Made by a program: the position numbers and the translations under genes. This document shows positions 27,700 through 42,052 of a stretch of DNA of 64,000 nucleotides, piece after piece. The notes beneath the pieces were generated by a model. That model was not told where the DNA came from, made no database searches, and was given only the letters and a program-made list of their open reading frames with translations. Source of the DNA: Octopus vulgaris. Its lineage: Eukaryota. Location: contig OX597818.1 of assembly GCA_951406725.2 (NCBI GenBank), positions 140,554,001 through 140,618,000 on the forward strand. Reading direction: 5' to 3'. Every line of letters starts with the position of its first letter. Position 1 is the first letter of the stretch.

Positions 27700-29330
27700 A
27701 TTTTTCACCCTTTGCAATTAAGAAAAAATGCAGTCTCTTTAACTTTAAACTCATCCAGAAGATCAATGGATGTTTACATTCTTCTCCTTTTCAAACTGAA
27801 TTTCCAATGGTGAAGGTAACCCACTACCCAATTCCTAATGTCAAACCCCATCTGTTGTCGCACATTGCAACCCTAGTGGTCCAAACGTACTGGAAATGTA
27901 CGAATTGTGCATCTTCTGCCCGCGCAAATCACTTCGTTTAGTTGGTGACCTTTCTATTTATAGTCGCGTAGGATTGTTTCTCACTGCATGTTTTCTTTAG
28001 TAATGGTTTCTCCCATCTTAAAAGTTCATCCACCTGTGTGTATTATTCTTGTCAATAGTATCAGGTCTGTAAACAATCTGTGGCCTATAGTACGTTACAA
28101 ATTTAATGGCAGCACACTGATTCTGCTTGCAGGCAGTTATTTGCTTTCAATGAAGAATAACAACAAAACGGAGTTACTACACAGGAAAACTTATTCTGTT
28201 AACCTGTGCTATAGAATGATATAATACGCGCACCTGTGCATTGATTTCGGTAAAACAAACCCACTTATATATTATGTTTTTAACACTAGAGTTCTATCAA
28301 AAGATTTTATCTTTAACAATCCCACAGCGTCTTCCCTTCAAAGTGTGTCTACATTTAGTTGAATACCCAGAGGCTGATTTTAATTTAATGCTGTTTCAAT
28401 CGCCTATTCCGATTGATGTACAACTGCAATACCAGTGAAGGTTGTATTCACTTATTCCTATATATCGATTGACGAATTTCGTTCAAACAGTTGAAACTGT
28501 GTGTAAGGGAATGACGAGACTCATCAAAGGGAAAATGCATCATTCGTTCTCCAGAATCACCGCAGCGTCGATATACATTCCGTTCCGATATATATATTGT
28601 TCATTTCAGACAATCCTACACCATCTTGCTTTCTAACCGTGCGTATACATTTCCAATGACACAAGGATGGTGATTTTAATTTTGTCGTTTACCGAGTTAT
28701 ATGTTTACACTGTATGTAGTAATCTTTATTAACAAATTTCTGTTAAAAAGTGTAATCTTGGAAATTATTTCCCTTACTTCGACTCTAAATGAAGATATAC
28801 AACCTAGAATAAATTGCTACGATCATTTGTGACTTATTTCCAGACGCTTCGGTGTCAGCACACTTAATATTCCGCTTACTCCTTACAGCTATAACAGGCT
28901 GTTAGCTTTCAACGTTTTATTTAAAACATGCAAGAAACATTCCGCAAATTACAATCGACTGTATTCGACACCCATTAGACAATGTGACCCGTGATAATAC
29001 CAAAAAATTAAATTACAATCTTCGGAAAGAACGCCGTAGATCCTACGTTTTCTGAATCAGGGCTGATACGGAGCTCAGCAGCAAAAACGTCTGCTGAAAT
29101 TACAGTATTCCGACTTGACTGAATCGAAATAGAACTAGAAACTCTGCAGACACCAAAGTCAAGAGTTTACTGTCTAGCATTCTGTCGCATATAAATACCA
29201 ATCTTAATATGAATGATGACACATCTGAAGTGTTGACATTTATTAACATTTCTACGACAAATTTTTACTAATTGTTAGACCTGTTTCAGCAGGCCAGTTT
29301 CAGTAAGATTTGCAACATATCTGTCGCCCT
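27700..29330 (-). mobile_element. Highly decayed non-LTR retrotransposon, possibly RTE
   Basis: Weak motif remnants in the expected order on the minus strand: QP*FRKRR, LKQH..IS.WVFN, RLFTDLIL, WTTRVAMCDNRW; many stops. Confidence 0.35.
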
Positions 29331-29404
29331 CTTGATATTTCTGTTAGTATATTTCAGATTTCTCACATGATTTTCCCGTTGTCTGCTAATAGTTAAGATA
29401 TATG

Positions 29405-29590
29405 CAGGGAAGCAAGATGGTAGAATCATTACTGCTAAGTGACATTTCTAAGTTCTGAGTTCAAATTCCGCCGAGGTTGACTTTGCCTTTCACCTTTTCG
29501 GTGTCGATAAAATATACAGCAGTCGAGCATCAGATTCGATGTAATCAACTTGCCTCCTAACCCTGGCTTGATTGCCTTGTCCCAAAATTT
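29405..29590 (+). mobile_element. SINE family C copy
   Basis: gttctgagttcaaattccgccgaggttgactttgcctttcaccttttcggtgtcgataaaa. Confidence 0.8.
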
Positions 29591-29837
29591 ATCACACCGT
29601 ATCCCAAATCTGTTTTACTGTTAAAAACACATCATCCGTATATCCATTGCATTTTAATATTTATATATGTGTGTGTATGTATGTATGTGTGCGTGTGTAT
29701 GTGTGTGTATGTAACTGGAGGTCCAATAGAATAAAACCACTGATGTGGGTATTCAGGCGCCCATGGGTATTCGGTATTCTTTGGATAGAAGGATTACCTT
29801 TTGGCATTAATAGTGCTTCCCTCGTTAGTAATTTATG

Positions 29838-30054
<217 letters not shown>

Positions 30055-30055
30055 A

Positions 30056-31260
30056 TCAGGTTATCCCATAAGTTCTGTCTGAATTTTGAATAAAGAAAGA
30101 AGAAAGCAAGTGATCAAATGGTATTGAAATTTTATCATAATTAATTTAATTAATTGAAATTTAATCATCAATGTTCTTTCCCTGATTATCTATGACTTCC
30201 TTCCATTTATTTACAAGCTTTTTGATTCCATCAATGTAAAACTCTTTTGGTTTCAAAGCGAAGAACTCGGAAATGTCAGTTTCGACCTCCTCATGGTTTG
30301 CGAAAGTTATGTCCCCAACTGATTCTGTAAACTACGAAACAAATGGTAGCCTAAAGGAGTAAGGTTGGGAGAATAAAGTGGATAAGGAATTTTTTCCTAA
30401 CCAAGATTTTCGATATTCTGTGATGTGATCTTTGCGGTGTGGGGTCGCGCATTGTCCTGATGAAATATCTCTCCTTTTAGATTCACCAAAGTGGGTCTTT
30501 TTTCTTCAAAGTTTGGTTCAAACACTCTAATTGCTGACAGTAGACTTGAGCATTGATTGTTGCATTAGGTGGTAACAATGCAAAGTGAATTATTCCTTTA
30601 CAATCCCACCAGATAGAGAGAAAAAACCTTTTCCCATGAATTTCCCTTCCTGGTTGTGGTTGAGTTTTTTCCCTTTTACCAAGCAACTGTTTACGCCGTT
30701 TAACATTTCGATAGAAGATCCAGTTTTCGTCACCAATCACAAGTCTATCCACAAAGGTTGAAATGAATTCGCGAGAATGGAGAGAAGAGCAGATGTCAAC
30801 TCGGGATTTGCGGTTGCTTTCGGACAATTCATGAGGCTCCAGTTTTTCCAAGTTTAGGAACCTTTCCAAGTTGTTGAAGATGATGATGATGAACCGTTGT
30901 ATGGTTTGAACTAAGCTTTATTGCCAATTCTTCAACTTATAATGCAGGATTTTCTTCAAGTAATGCCTCATGGAGCTTATTATCAAATTCAGCTGGACGT
31001 GCTGTTCGATCTTCATCTTCAAGGCTGAAATATCCACTTCTGAATTTTGTAAACCATCTTCTGCAAAATCTTTCATTCAAGCATACTTTCCCATAAACTG
31101 AGTGTATGTTTCGAGTCGCTTCGGCTGCAGGGTTTCATCTTTTGTACTCATAAAGTATTATGTGCCTCAAATGCTCTTTGGATACTTCCATGTTAGAAAT
31201 GGTTTTAATCAAAGAAATATATAGGGATATATTGGTTGAACAAATGTTCAAAGCCTTGGA
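30056..31260 (-). mobile_element. Mariner (Tc1/mariner) DNA transposon with one TIR retained
   Basis: TA followed by tcaggttatcccataagttctg at the left end; no matching TIR seen at the right end. Confidence 0.85.
30161..31191 (-). pseudogene. Mariner transposase pseudogene
   Basis: MEVSKEHLRHIILYEY..RRWFTKFRSGYFSLEDEDR..EPHEL..VIGDENWIFY..IWWDCKGIIHF..FHQDNARPHTA..YSPNL..YHLFRSLQN, with internal stops and frameshifts. Confidence 0.93.
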
Positions 31261-32533
31261 AGCAGATTTCTCTATTGAAGTAAGGTGCAAGGTGAAATAA
31301 ATGTTGAAACTATACAGACTGTTAGTTCACCTGGGATCGATTTCTTCGACTAAAACCCCTTCAAGGCGGTGCTCAGTATGGCCGCAGTCAAATGACTGAC
31401 ACAAGTAAAAGTATAAAAGATTATATGTATGACCTTTTGTTTTATTGTTTGAGATGTCTTCATTTTCTTTGAATTATTGAAAAATATCATACTGTATCTC
31501 CTGGAGACAGGAGACAGATGAGATCTGTGACGTCTAAAATACCCCAACACAGGCCGTATATCATGACGGTGCTCCAATGATTCGATCGCGCGTTGAAAAA
31601 CCATGGCAAGTCATCTCAAGGCAAAGCGACGCATTTTCAATATGACATGTAACTTTTATATTGTTCAGTTAGATCTTACCGCTGCATTGAATATGTAAGG
31701 TTTCCCTTTACTAGTTCATTAGTATTTTCTGGTGTGTGTATGATTTGTATTTGCTTATATGGTTATGCTATCTAATATTTATTGTGACTACACCCACTAA
31801 ATGAGGGAATCTTTCTGTTGATAACAGCGAATCGATTCCAAATCACGTCAAACATTATTAAAAAGGGATCCTACTGGATAATTTATCCTCAGATACAGTG
31901 TTTTGAACAAACGAGAGGGTTGTTTTGCTTCAACGTATTTCATCAGCGAATGTGCAAGAAACCTGGCATGAATTTAAACATGTACAACAAAACCAAGCCA
32001 ATCTTTTAACAAAAATTTTATATTCCTCGGCGGTCCTATACTCATTGACATTTCGAGGTATTATCAAAATGAGTCCCTTCGTATCGTCTATCGAAGCCAG
32101 CCACCAAACATCATTAAATTATGAATCTTTCATTATTTCAAAAGAAAGAATTATTTTAAATGATTTTTCTTATTGTTTAACATTTGGCCTGACATCCTGT
32201 CAACACCATATCTTATTAACACAGAAAAAACATTAGCCAATGCAGTCTTTTTTAGATTTGGCGCACTGTGATTTCAAGGATACTTGGATGATATTTCTAG
32301 CAAGTCAACCGACAATGTAAATGGTCCCTCAATGAAACAAAGTTGTTACGTAGTAGGATAAATGACCTACTACAAATATACTGATAGTGAAAGCAAATAG
32401 AAATTTCGAAAGGCTTCAGACACTAATTGGTCCAAAGGTTTTCCACGATATAGTCACAAAAGGTAAATTTACAGGGATACTAAAATCTCTTCCTTCACAC
32501 ATAGATTATTAATATGACCATTTTACACGTTAT

Positions 32534-32759
<226 letters not shown>

Positions 32760-33329
32760 TTTTGCAATATGATTCAGTGTGATATTAGAGAACTATTAAC
32801 GAATACAAAGAGTGTTAACATAGATTTGTAGAGACTGTGTTTGTAACAATCGCTCTGATTAGCACCAGCCGTTGTCTTGTCACCTTGCTTGCTGTTAGCA
32901 AAGGTAAGATTTTCTCAACAAGTGTTCAGCACAGGTCTGCGATCTTGCGAGAATTTCCTCCAATCAATCTTAAGAAACCTTGGAAAAGGTCATAGGCATT
33001 GTCATTCCGCTTTTGACAATGCTATACATTTTTAAACATCCAATACGATTTCACTCAAATACTGTTGGAGATTCAATTGAAAACAAGGCATGTAATTATA
33101 TATGAAATGCATCGAGAGAAGCCTGCTGATAGATTGCTAATTATCAAATATTCATACATTATATAGCGTACAGAATCTCACATCAATCGCATCCCCATTA
33201 AATTTACACATTTCATTTATCAATAGAAAATGGAAAATAAGAGCAGTTGCTAAGCTACGAAGAAAATGTGCAGCAGAATTATGAATCCTTCCACTTAATA
33301 TGGTTTCGATGTTGACTTAGACTTTTGTT

Positions 33330-33466
33330 TTATATATATGTATATATGTATGCATGTATGTATATATATTTATATATATGTGTGTGTATATATATATATA
33401 CATATATATATACACACATACATATGTGTATACATATATATATATATATATGTATACATATGTATG

Positions 33467-33499
<33 letters not shown>

Positions 33500-33507
33500 A
33501 CATGTGT

Positions 33508-33565
<58 letters not shown>

Positions 33566-33567
33566 AC

Positions 33568-33624
<57 letters not shown>

Positions 33625-33682
33625 ATATACACACACATATATATGCTTATAAATATATATATATATATATACATGTATTTAT
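33330..33682. repeat. (TA)n tract with repeated acacatacatatgtgta units
   Basis: Seen directly. Confidence 0.9.
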
Positions 33683-33739
33683 AGTAAATTATCCGGTCTG
33701 GATAAATGGCCCTCAACTGTTGTCTTCATAGGCAATCCT

Positions 33740-34020
33740 AAATTTGAGAGACGTGTCATTAATGATCATGAATGTCAATATCTGATGAAACTTCATGTGC
33801 AGAGAACGAATTCTTAGAAAGAACCTGAAATATGTAGAAGTAGGAGTAGTGGTTAGTGCAAGAACGGTGGATTGGCCACTATGAGGTGCTTGAGTGTGGG
33901 TGACACGTTTGGGAAGGAAGAGTTTGAGTGGTTGTAGAATGAACCCAGAAGGTCTGAGGAGGCCTTCATGTTATTTCTAGACATAGGTAGAAAGAGGAGA
34001 CAATTTCATAACATAATGGT
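33740..34020 (-). mobile_element. Possible decayed CR1/Jockey-type LINE 3' end
   Basis: Minus-strand remnant RSCTNHYSYFY..NSFSAH resembles the RTnhy..SF..WNsLP C-terminus; weak. Confidence 0.35.
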
Positions 34021-34109
34021 TTATTCCTGGATATCTCTATTCTTATTACAGCTCTGTCGTTGACTAACGTTTCATTCAGAAGCAAAGGTATATTGGGTTC
34101 TGCACCTGA

Positions 34110-34248
34110 CTATCAGGCTTCTTTTAGTTCCCACTCATAACGTTTATATCAGTCAGAGCGCCGGTAGAAGATATTTGATCGATGTGACTGTACCTGGAAC
34201 TGGGTAAATGGGTAGCAATCTTCGTTCTTCTCACCCGTGTCAGCGCCT
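34110..34248 (-). mobile_element. Old SINE family A 5' half
   Basis: caggcttcttttagttccc..gtagaagatatttg..cagcgcct resembles 2602-2762. Confidence 0.5.
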
Positions 34249-34756
34249 ATATATACATGCATACCTATCTACCTAACTACATATCTACCTACCTACCTAC
34301 CTACCTACTTACGTACCTACCTACCTGCCTGCCTGCCTACCTACCTGGCTACCTAAATATCTTACATACATACATTCATGCACGCATACATAATACATAC
34401 ATACATACATAAATACATACATACATACATACATATATACATACAGGCATACATACATATATGCATATGAGAGAATGGAATGATGAAGTCAAGAACGCCT
34501 TCTAACGTCTGCTTGAAATGGTAAATACAAAGACTAATAGATAAATAGTTATGATCTTGAATTAAAACGAATGAACATGAATACAGTCGTACCTTCTACA
34601 CAGAAAAAGTCTACGTACGTTTGCCTCTGTGCACATTATCATATATTCTTGAATATTTTCTTTCCTTTCCTGAGCGTCCAATAACACTATACTTGTTCCA
34701 CTTCCTCGCGTTGTTGTGTTCTCCCTTTGTGTTTTCCTGTTTGGATTAACTATATA

Positions 34757-34831
<75 letters not shown>

Positions 34832-34953
34832 GGAGTGGGAGAGAGAGATGCATGCACATATATATGTATGTCTGTATATGTATATATAACGTTATATGTA
34901 TATATATATATTTAAATATATATCAATGTATACACACACACACACACGCACAG

Positions 34954-34997
<44 letters not shown>

Positions 34998-35039
34998 TAA
35001 GCTGGGAAATAGATGTGCAAAAAGTTTGGGAGATTACGA

Positions 35040-35145
35040 TAAGAAAGAAAGAAAGATAGATAGATAGATACATAGATAGGCAGACAACCAGACAGACAGA
35101 CAGACAGACAGACAGATAGACAGACAGACAGACAGACAGATAGAC

Positions 35146-35206
<61 letters not shown>

Positions 35207-35290
35207 TAGATAAATATAGATAGATATTTAGATAGATATAGATAGATAGATATAGATAGATAGATAGATAGACAAATAAATAGAGAGATA
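35040..35290. repeat. (GATA)n/(GACA)n
   Basis: Seen directly. Confidence 0.9.
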
Positions 35291-36287
35291 AACAATTATT
35301 GCATGTACAGAAATTATACTGTTAGAAAGACTGAGCTTGAATTATATACACATAAAGCAAAGAAGGAAAGTAAGAAAACAAATTGAAAAAGAAGAGGAAG
35401 TAGAAGGAAAGTGATGTGAAAAGGAAGTTATTGGAATCACATGAGAAACACCAATAGATAAATGTGATTAAGAATAGTAGTATTTAGAATCAGTTCCCTA
35501 TTGAGATGTAATAGTATATTGCCAAAGGACAACAGGTGCGACCGCACACTGATTTCATATATAACTGTGTAAAAACCTTGGATCACGAAAGGTAGAAGTT
35601 GATCTGGAAATATTGTTAGCTTGAGTACGATAGAAGAAGAAAAGAGTGAAGAAAGAGGAGCTAAAGATATATACGAGAATAAAGATGGTAAAAATAGAAG
35701 AACTAAAAGTGTAAAACAAAAAGGAATGAAAAAAAAGAGAAGACTAGGACAGATATTTATATTAATTTGTACGTAGATATATATAAAAATTATATTTTCT
35801 TGTGTGTACTTATATCTACGTCATAAAAAAGTAAAACAGGTTCGTGTACAATTAACCAGATCGAAAAGCGTTGAGCAGCGTATATAACAATACATGTTGA
35901 ACTACGAACCATCAAAGTAAAAATGAATACAGAAATAGAAAGCGCTATATGAGTGAGTGGTACGTGGGAGGCGAATAGATTTTATATGAAGACCAGTTAC
36001 AGTTAGTTGTAAGAGATATGTCGCTAAAGAGTCACGCATAAATTTATAATGAGTTGCACTTTGTGTATGTATTGAGATGGATTTAGTAATGGCAAGCGGG
36101 AGTAAGAGTTCGTTTCTCAACCATAAAACCACGTCTCTACTGACGGCTACGTTTAGACATATTTGTTTTACTATATCTTCGGGTCGACAAGACTTGCGAA
36201 TGAAACCAGGTGCTTGTTGGTTGGATTTATCTTTGGCGCCTTATTTCAAATGTTCAAACTTATGGTTTTTGCGTCATGGTGATTCGA

Positions 36288-36535
36288 ATTAAATCCTTAA
36301 AATCCTTTAAAATGTTTTAACCCGGAGGCCGCGGCCATGCTGGGGCACCACCGCTGAATGAGCTACACTAATATGTGAATCCACCTCTGATACGTGGCAC
36401 TTGATCAACAAGGGAGTTCGACGCTGCTGCCCGCATCTGCGTCTCCTGTCGTGAGGTAGGTTCATCTGGGACTCCCGACAAGAAGAGATCCAGTTTAGTT
36501 TTAAAGAAACCCACATCCACACCATTGACAAATAA
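36288..36535 (-). mobile_element. 3' end of a CR1/L2-like LINE (ORF2 C-terminus, tail and AAGGATTTT repeat)
   Basis: GVDVGFFKTKLDLFLSGVPDEPT..RAAASNSLVDQ, then stop, ggtgccccagcatggccgc and a short terminal repeat. Confidence 0.75.
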
Positions 36536-37040
36536 TTTAAAAGACCTCGTCCTCCTACGATATTCATCCAATTATAATATGTTAACTTCGATGAATAAAT
36601 AATTAGAGAGGTAAATGAGTTAGGTTATTTCCCAGAAGATGGAAACGTTAGCAGGCGGTAAGATCCTCCACGAGCTCGTAACAATTTCCAGGAGAATATT
36701 TATGATTACATTCGGGAATTAACGAAACGAATCATATAAAAAATTGACAGGCTGACATGCAAACTTTCGAAATACAGAAAACGCACATTTACTTACACAT
36801 GCACAAGTACAAAAATACATACGCCCATATATCGTAAAAACAGTTAACATTTTAATAATATGCAATTATAACATAAGACAGAAGGAGTTACAGAAGTCGC
36901 GCAAGGGAGATGAACCAAGTATCTGTTGCAGACTGGATGACTACGGGTAAACACATACATGCACACTCACGCTGATACATGTACACACGCTCAGAGATAC
37001 ATATACATACACATAACATATACATACATACGTACATGTA

Positions 37041-37125
<85 letters not shown>

Positions 37126-37239
37126 GTATGTATATATATGTATATATATATATATATATTATGTATGTATATATATATATACATATTCATATATTCTCAG
37201 AGAAAAAGAGTCATTGAGTGTTACATACTCATGTATGAT

Positions 37240-37331
<92 letters not shown>

Positions 37332-38015
37332 ACTATTTCACATAATGTGAATGTGTGCGAGAAAAGGGAAAGAGAGGAAGATAGATAAAGAAATATAATC
37401 AAGAAGGGGAGATTGAAACCTTTTATAAATTTGATGAGAAGTGGAAGAAAAAAAATACAAATAAATGAATAAATACAATTTTTTTCAAAAATACATTTCT
37501 TGTAATTTCTGAAGAAAATAGAATGAAGAACTCGTTTCAAATTATCTTTGATTGCTTCGGGCAAAAACGACGGCAACCTATCAGGAGATTCTGGTGAGAG
37601 CACCTGTTAAACAATGAAGGAATTCGCCATTTTGAATCAGTTTTAAATTATTCTAACAATGAGATGAACACAATGTGGTAATAGCATTTACAGAAATACC
37701 CAGATCTTAACAAATGATAAGTACGCACTGTCAGAAACAGAGAAATAGCGTTTGCATACAGACAGATACGCGCACAGGCGAGCGAACACAGGTACGCTGT
37801 AAAAGTACGTTACGTATATAAACACTCACTTACACGCACATATACCTGTGATTTAACATGCATGTAGATACACTATACGATGTGTACATATATATGTGTG
37901 TGTATATATACATATATATTTATATATATAAGTATATATATATGCATATATATATATATATTTTGTATATTTATGTATTATATGCATGTGTAGGATGTAC
38001 CCTTCTGTATATATA

Positions 38016-38056
<41 letters not shown>

Positions 38057-39256
38057 TTGAAGTCACGCTGCATTGTGATGAGAGTGATTGACTTAAGATC
38101 ATAGTGCCATGAATTCAATTCCCGATCGAGCAGCGCAATGTCACCTTGGGTAAGATTCCTCATTTTGTAGCTGCTCCAGCTTACTCACCTCGACACCGTC
38201 AAGTGAAGAAAGCAAGCAGTTTCCATCAGAACAACAAAAAATCTTCAAATAATTCTTGACAACATAGTACAAGGTAACATGTAAATCTGGAAGGTGAATA
38301 TTTTGAATTAAATAGTAATTAACTGATCCTCCTGTATTTTCTTTTACCTAAAGCGAGGAGCCTTTCAGTACCCCTCCTATATATGGTGGCCATCTTGAGA
38401 TTTTAGACAATTCCTTTTTTAACACGAGGAAAATCAACAGATGAAAGTATTATAAACTTTACCGGAGACAAAGCTGCCCAGAAATATTGTATCCTCTAAA
38501 TGAAAATCGTAGATGGATGTGTTCATCTTCATTACGATGAATCAATCACTACAAACGGTTTTTGTATGTTTGTGAAGATCTTGCTTGAACCAATTGCCAA
38601 AATATATTGCCTCAATATTGCTCATCACTGTATGGAGACGTATGGCTTAGTCGTTAGTTTGTGGAATTAATAAACGAGAGATTGTGATTTTAGTTCCCGT
38701 GAAAGCGGCACAATGCTCCTTACAGAATAATGCAGACTAAAACTGGAAGGGTACATGGAATTCCAAAGATTCTTTGGCAATCTTGTAATGAACATGGATT
38801 AACGGATAGTCAAAGTATAGCTTATCACTATACTACTTACACTAGACAGCATTTAAGATACCCAGAAATAAAGCTGTTCAGTTCGTTAACTGGAAGTTTC
38901 TGCAAGATACGCAAGAACAGCTTTATTTCTGAAATAGCGCAACAAGTTAATATTCAACTAAATTTATTAAGTGTCTAAGCTCCACTCTTCCTGTACGAAC
39001 AAGTTTGAGAGATAACGAAACAAAGACTACCAAACATACTGTAGTGAAATCTAGATTTCTCAAAGTTATGTAATGGAATAAGAATTATTGTGAATAAAAC
39101 GCTGCCTCAACGGTAGCTGTGTATGTACAAATGTATGTGTGTAAATATATACAATTTGAATGTAGTGCATTATTTTTGGTGTATATATAAATCTTAGATA
39201 AATCTTATATATATTTCGCCAAACAAATTGTCTTAGGTCATACATAGCATCACCTG

Positions 39257-39312
<56 letters not shown>

Positions 39313-39338
39313 CATACATACATACATACATACATACA

Positions 39339-39369
<31 letters not shown>

Positions 39370-39971
39370 TGTTCAGCAAGCATTTGGGGAGAAGGGTTAT
39401 GCAATCTTTTGCCGAACGACCTGCACAGATGAATTGTTTATGATGATAACGTTTCTGCTTTATATCATCTCCCTCCCTCCCTCAAAGAGCACATCTCAGC
39501 GCACGGGTCGGGATTGTAAACCACTGCAACACTCCTAAGCACTAGGTCTTGCATGTAGTTGACGTTCGGAAGACTTGGGCAAGCAGCGAAGGAAACAACA
39601 GATGTAAGAATATAGTTGAAAACCATCGAGAAAGAGAGTCATTGCATCTGGCGCAAGAGAGGGAGGGGGAAAGGGTGGAGAGATTGTGTGTGTGTATGCG
39701 GTGCAAGCGAGAAGGAGCATTCAGGAAAGATGTTTTGTATTTTCCGCTTGGAGTCACATCTTCCTCAATAACATTTGACTCAACAAAGCTCGTACTACTG
39801 TATATGAGTGTTACCGCATATAACGGTGGCTCTCTCTGGGCAGCTCTGGTGTTGCGGTGGAAGGTAACCAAAATAACGGGCTGATTCAATACGCGATGGG
39901 ATATAGATTTCCGAATTTGGAGACGGAGTACAGCAGCAACCTGAACACACGTGTACCCACCCATATATATA

Positions 39972-40244
39972 TCACCGTGGTCACCGTGACTGACCAGGCT
40001 ATCAGATATTGCTACACATCGCTGGTCACAATGCGCTTCGCATTGTTTTAGCCTTCAAATGACGCCACCCCTCTGGCTAAGCGAGCAGGCCAACAGAAGA
40101 AAGATTGAGAGAAAGTTGTGGCGAAAGAGTTGAACTTTAGGTGTTTTCGCCCAATAAACACTCACAACGCCTGGTCTGGGAATCAAAGCCGCGATTCTAC
40201 GACTGCGCGTCCGCTGTCCTAACCACTGGGCCATTGCTCATCCA
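39972..40244 (-). mobile_element. SINE family B, tail type 2
   Basis: Homologous to the reverse complement of 45019-45310. Confidence 0.9.
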
Positions 40245-40262
40245 CCTATATATATATATATC

Positions 40263-40339
<77 letters not shown>

Positions 40340-40344
<5 letters not shown>

Positions 40345-40936
40345 TATACGATTTAGAGGTTAAACAACCATCTAAGGGATAATAAATATCCAATATACTA
40401 CTGGATGTATACCTATATATTTATATCCAAGTGCTTACTGTTGTAAGGCAATAGCGCTATTAGATAATAGGTATGAGTAGAAGAACACTGAAATTTACCT
40501 GGAATTTATAAGGTAAAGAAGAAAATGAAGAAGATAATTAGATCTATTTATTAATTACAATCATATGGATAAATAAATAAATAAGAATAAATGAGTAAAT
40601 AAAACCTTACTCTTACAGCTGTTTCTATTTTGGGTGTCCAGCATGCCAAAGTTGACACATTATCCCAATATCATACAGAGATTGTGCAAAGATCGAAAAA
40701 GAGTTGGACAGAATTTGTCCATTAATTGAACCCCAAAGCTTCCCCCAGAGAATCCAAAATGGTAGAAAAGTAAGTTCCAAGATAACGTCTACAGGATATG
40801 AGATGACATTTAATTTCAATTTCAAATTTATTTATTGTGATATTTCTGCTGCTTTTTAATAAAGCATATTACTCTACCTCTTGTATTTGAGTACTCTTTT
40901 TTCCACCTTGTTTTGCATTTATGTACTAACTCCAGT
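40340..40936 (-). mobile_element. Non-coding element next to (TA)n with a degenerate hammerhead motif
   Basis: Minus strand tct-CTGTATGA-tattggg..cccaaaata-GAAACAGCTGTA-aga at 40681-40611; the same GAAACAGCTGTAAG occurs at 3139-3126. Confidence 0.45.
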
Positions 40937-41123
40937 ATATGTCTATATATAACCATGTATGTATGCATGTGTTAAGTATGGATGGATGCGTATATACAGA
41001 CAGCGGAAGAGAGAATGAAAATCCACATACCCTGTATATGTTTTGTGTATACGTATGTGGATGGGGGTTGTGTGTGTGTGTTTACGTATGTGTGTGTGTA
41101 TGTGTGTATGTGTGTGTGTGTGT

Positions 41124-41157
<34 letters not shown>

Positions 41158-41747
41158 TCAGACTGCACAAAAGAGAGAGAAAAATCCATGTAAGATAAAA
41201 GTAGTGAATATAGTTAAAGCAAGATTTAATATGTAGCAATATAATGAATTGAAAAGAGAGCTTCTGCATTAATGATAGTTAAAGCAGGTGTGCATAATAT
41301 AGTATTAGTTCTATCCATGCCCGGAAGCAAACGCTTCCTTATTCTTTGTATCACGAATTTTAAACAGCAAGGAAGTATAAAATTCCTAAAAGTTTAATTA
41401 CTTAGTTGGAAACATTTCACACGCAACATACAAAACTACACGCTTTATATAACCTTTTGCTAATACTATTATTTTAAACTGATTTGCTTCAACTTTTCGA
41501 TTTAATGTTTCTTAAGGAGTTTCAAATTATATATTCCTATTACTTGTGTTTCACTATGGCCATTGGGTAAGTATTATTGAGATAAACTGTCCACTAAAAA
41601 ATACTATACACTTATTTATAGAATAGGTCACGACTCTTTAAATAACTAGTTTACGTAGTCTTCTCCAGTTACCTCGGTTTCAATAAATCACTGAGACGAG
41701 TATTTGAAAGACGGCTGTATCCAAATGTTCACGTATACAGTAACATA

Positions 41748-42052
41748 GTGAAGGCGTTAGAGCGAATGGGTCACAAACATGAGATAGTGAGTTCGATTCA
41801 CGGACCATGACGTGCGTCGTGTTCTTGAGCAAGACACTTTATTTCACGTTGCTCCAGTTATCTCAGCTGTAGAAATGAGTTGCGACGTCACCGATGCCAA
41901 GCTCTATTAGCCTTTGCTTTTCCCTTGGATAACATCGGTGACATGCGGAGGGGAGGCTGGTATGCATGGGTGATTGCTGGTCTTCTATAAACAACATTGC
42001 CCGAACTTGTACTTTCTAGGTACAATCCAATGGTCATTTAGGACTGAAGGCT
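41748..42052 (+). mobile_element. tRNA-derived CORE-like SINE family D
   Basis: gagttcgattc B-box followed by gttcttgagcaagacactttatttcacgttgctccag; a related fragment lies at about 38090-38190. Confidence 0.75.

Noticed and set aside
39430-39960. GC-richer block with overlapping 111-140 aa ORFs
   Set aside because: No recognisable domain; probably an unidentified repeat fragment.
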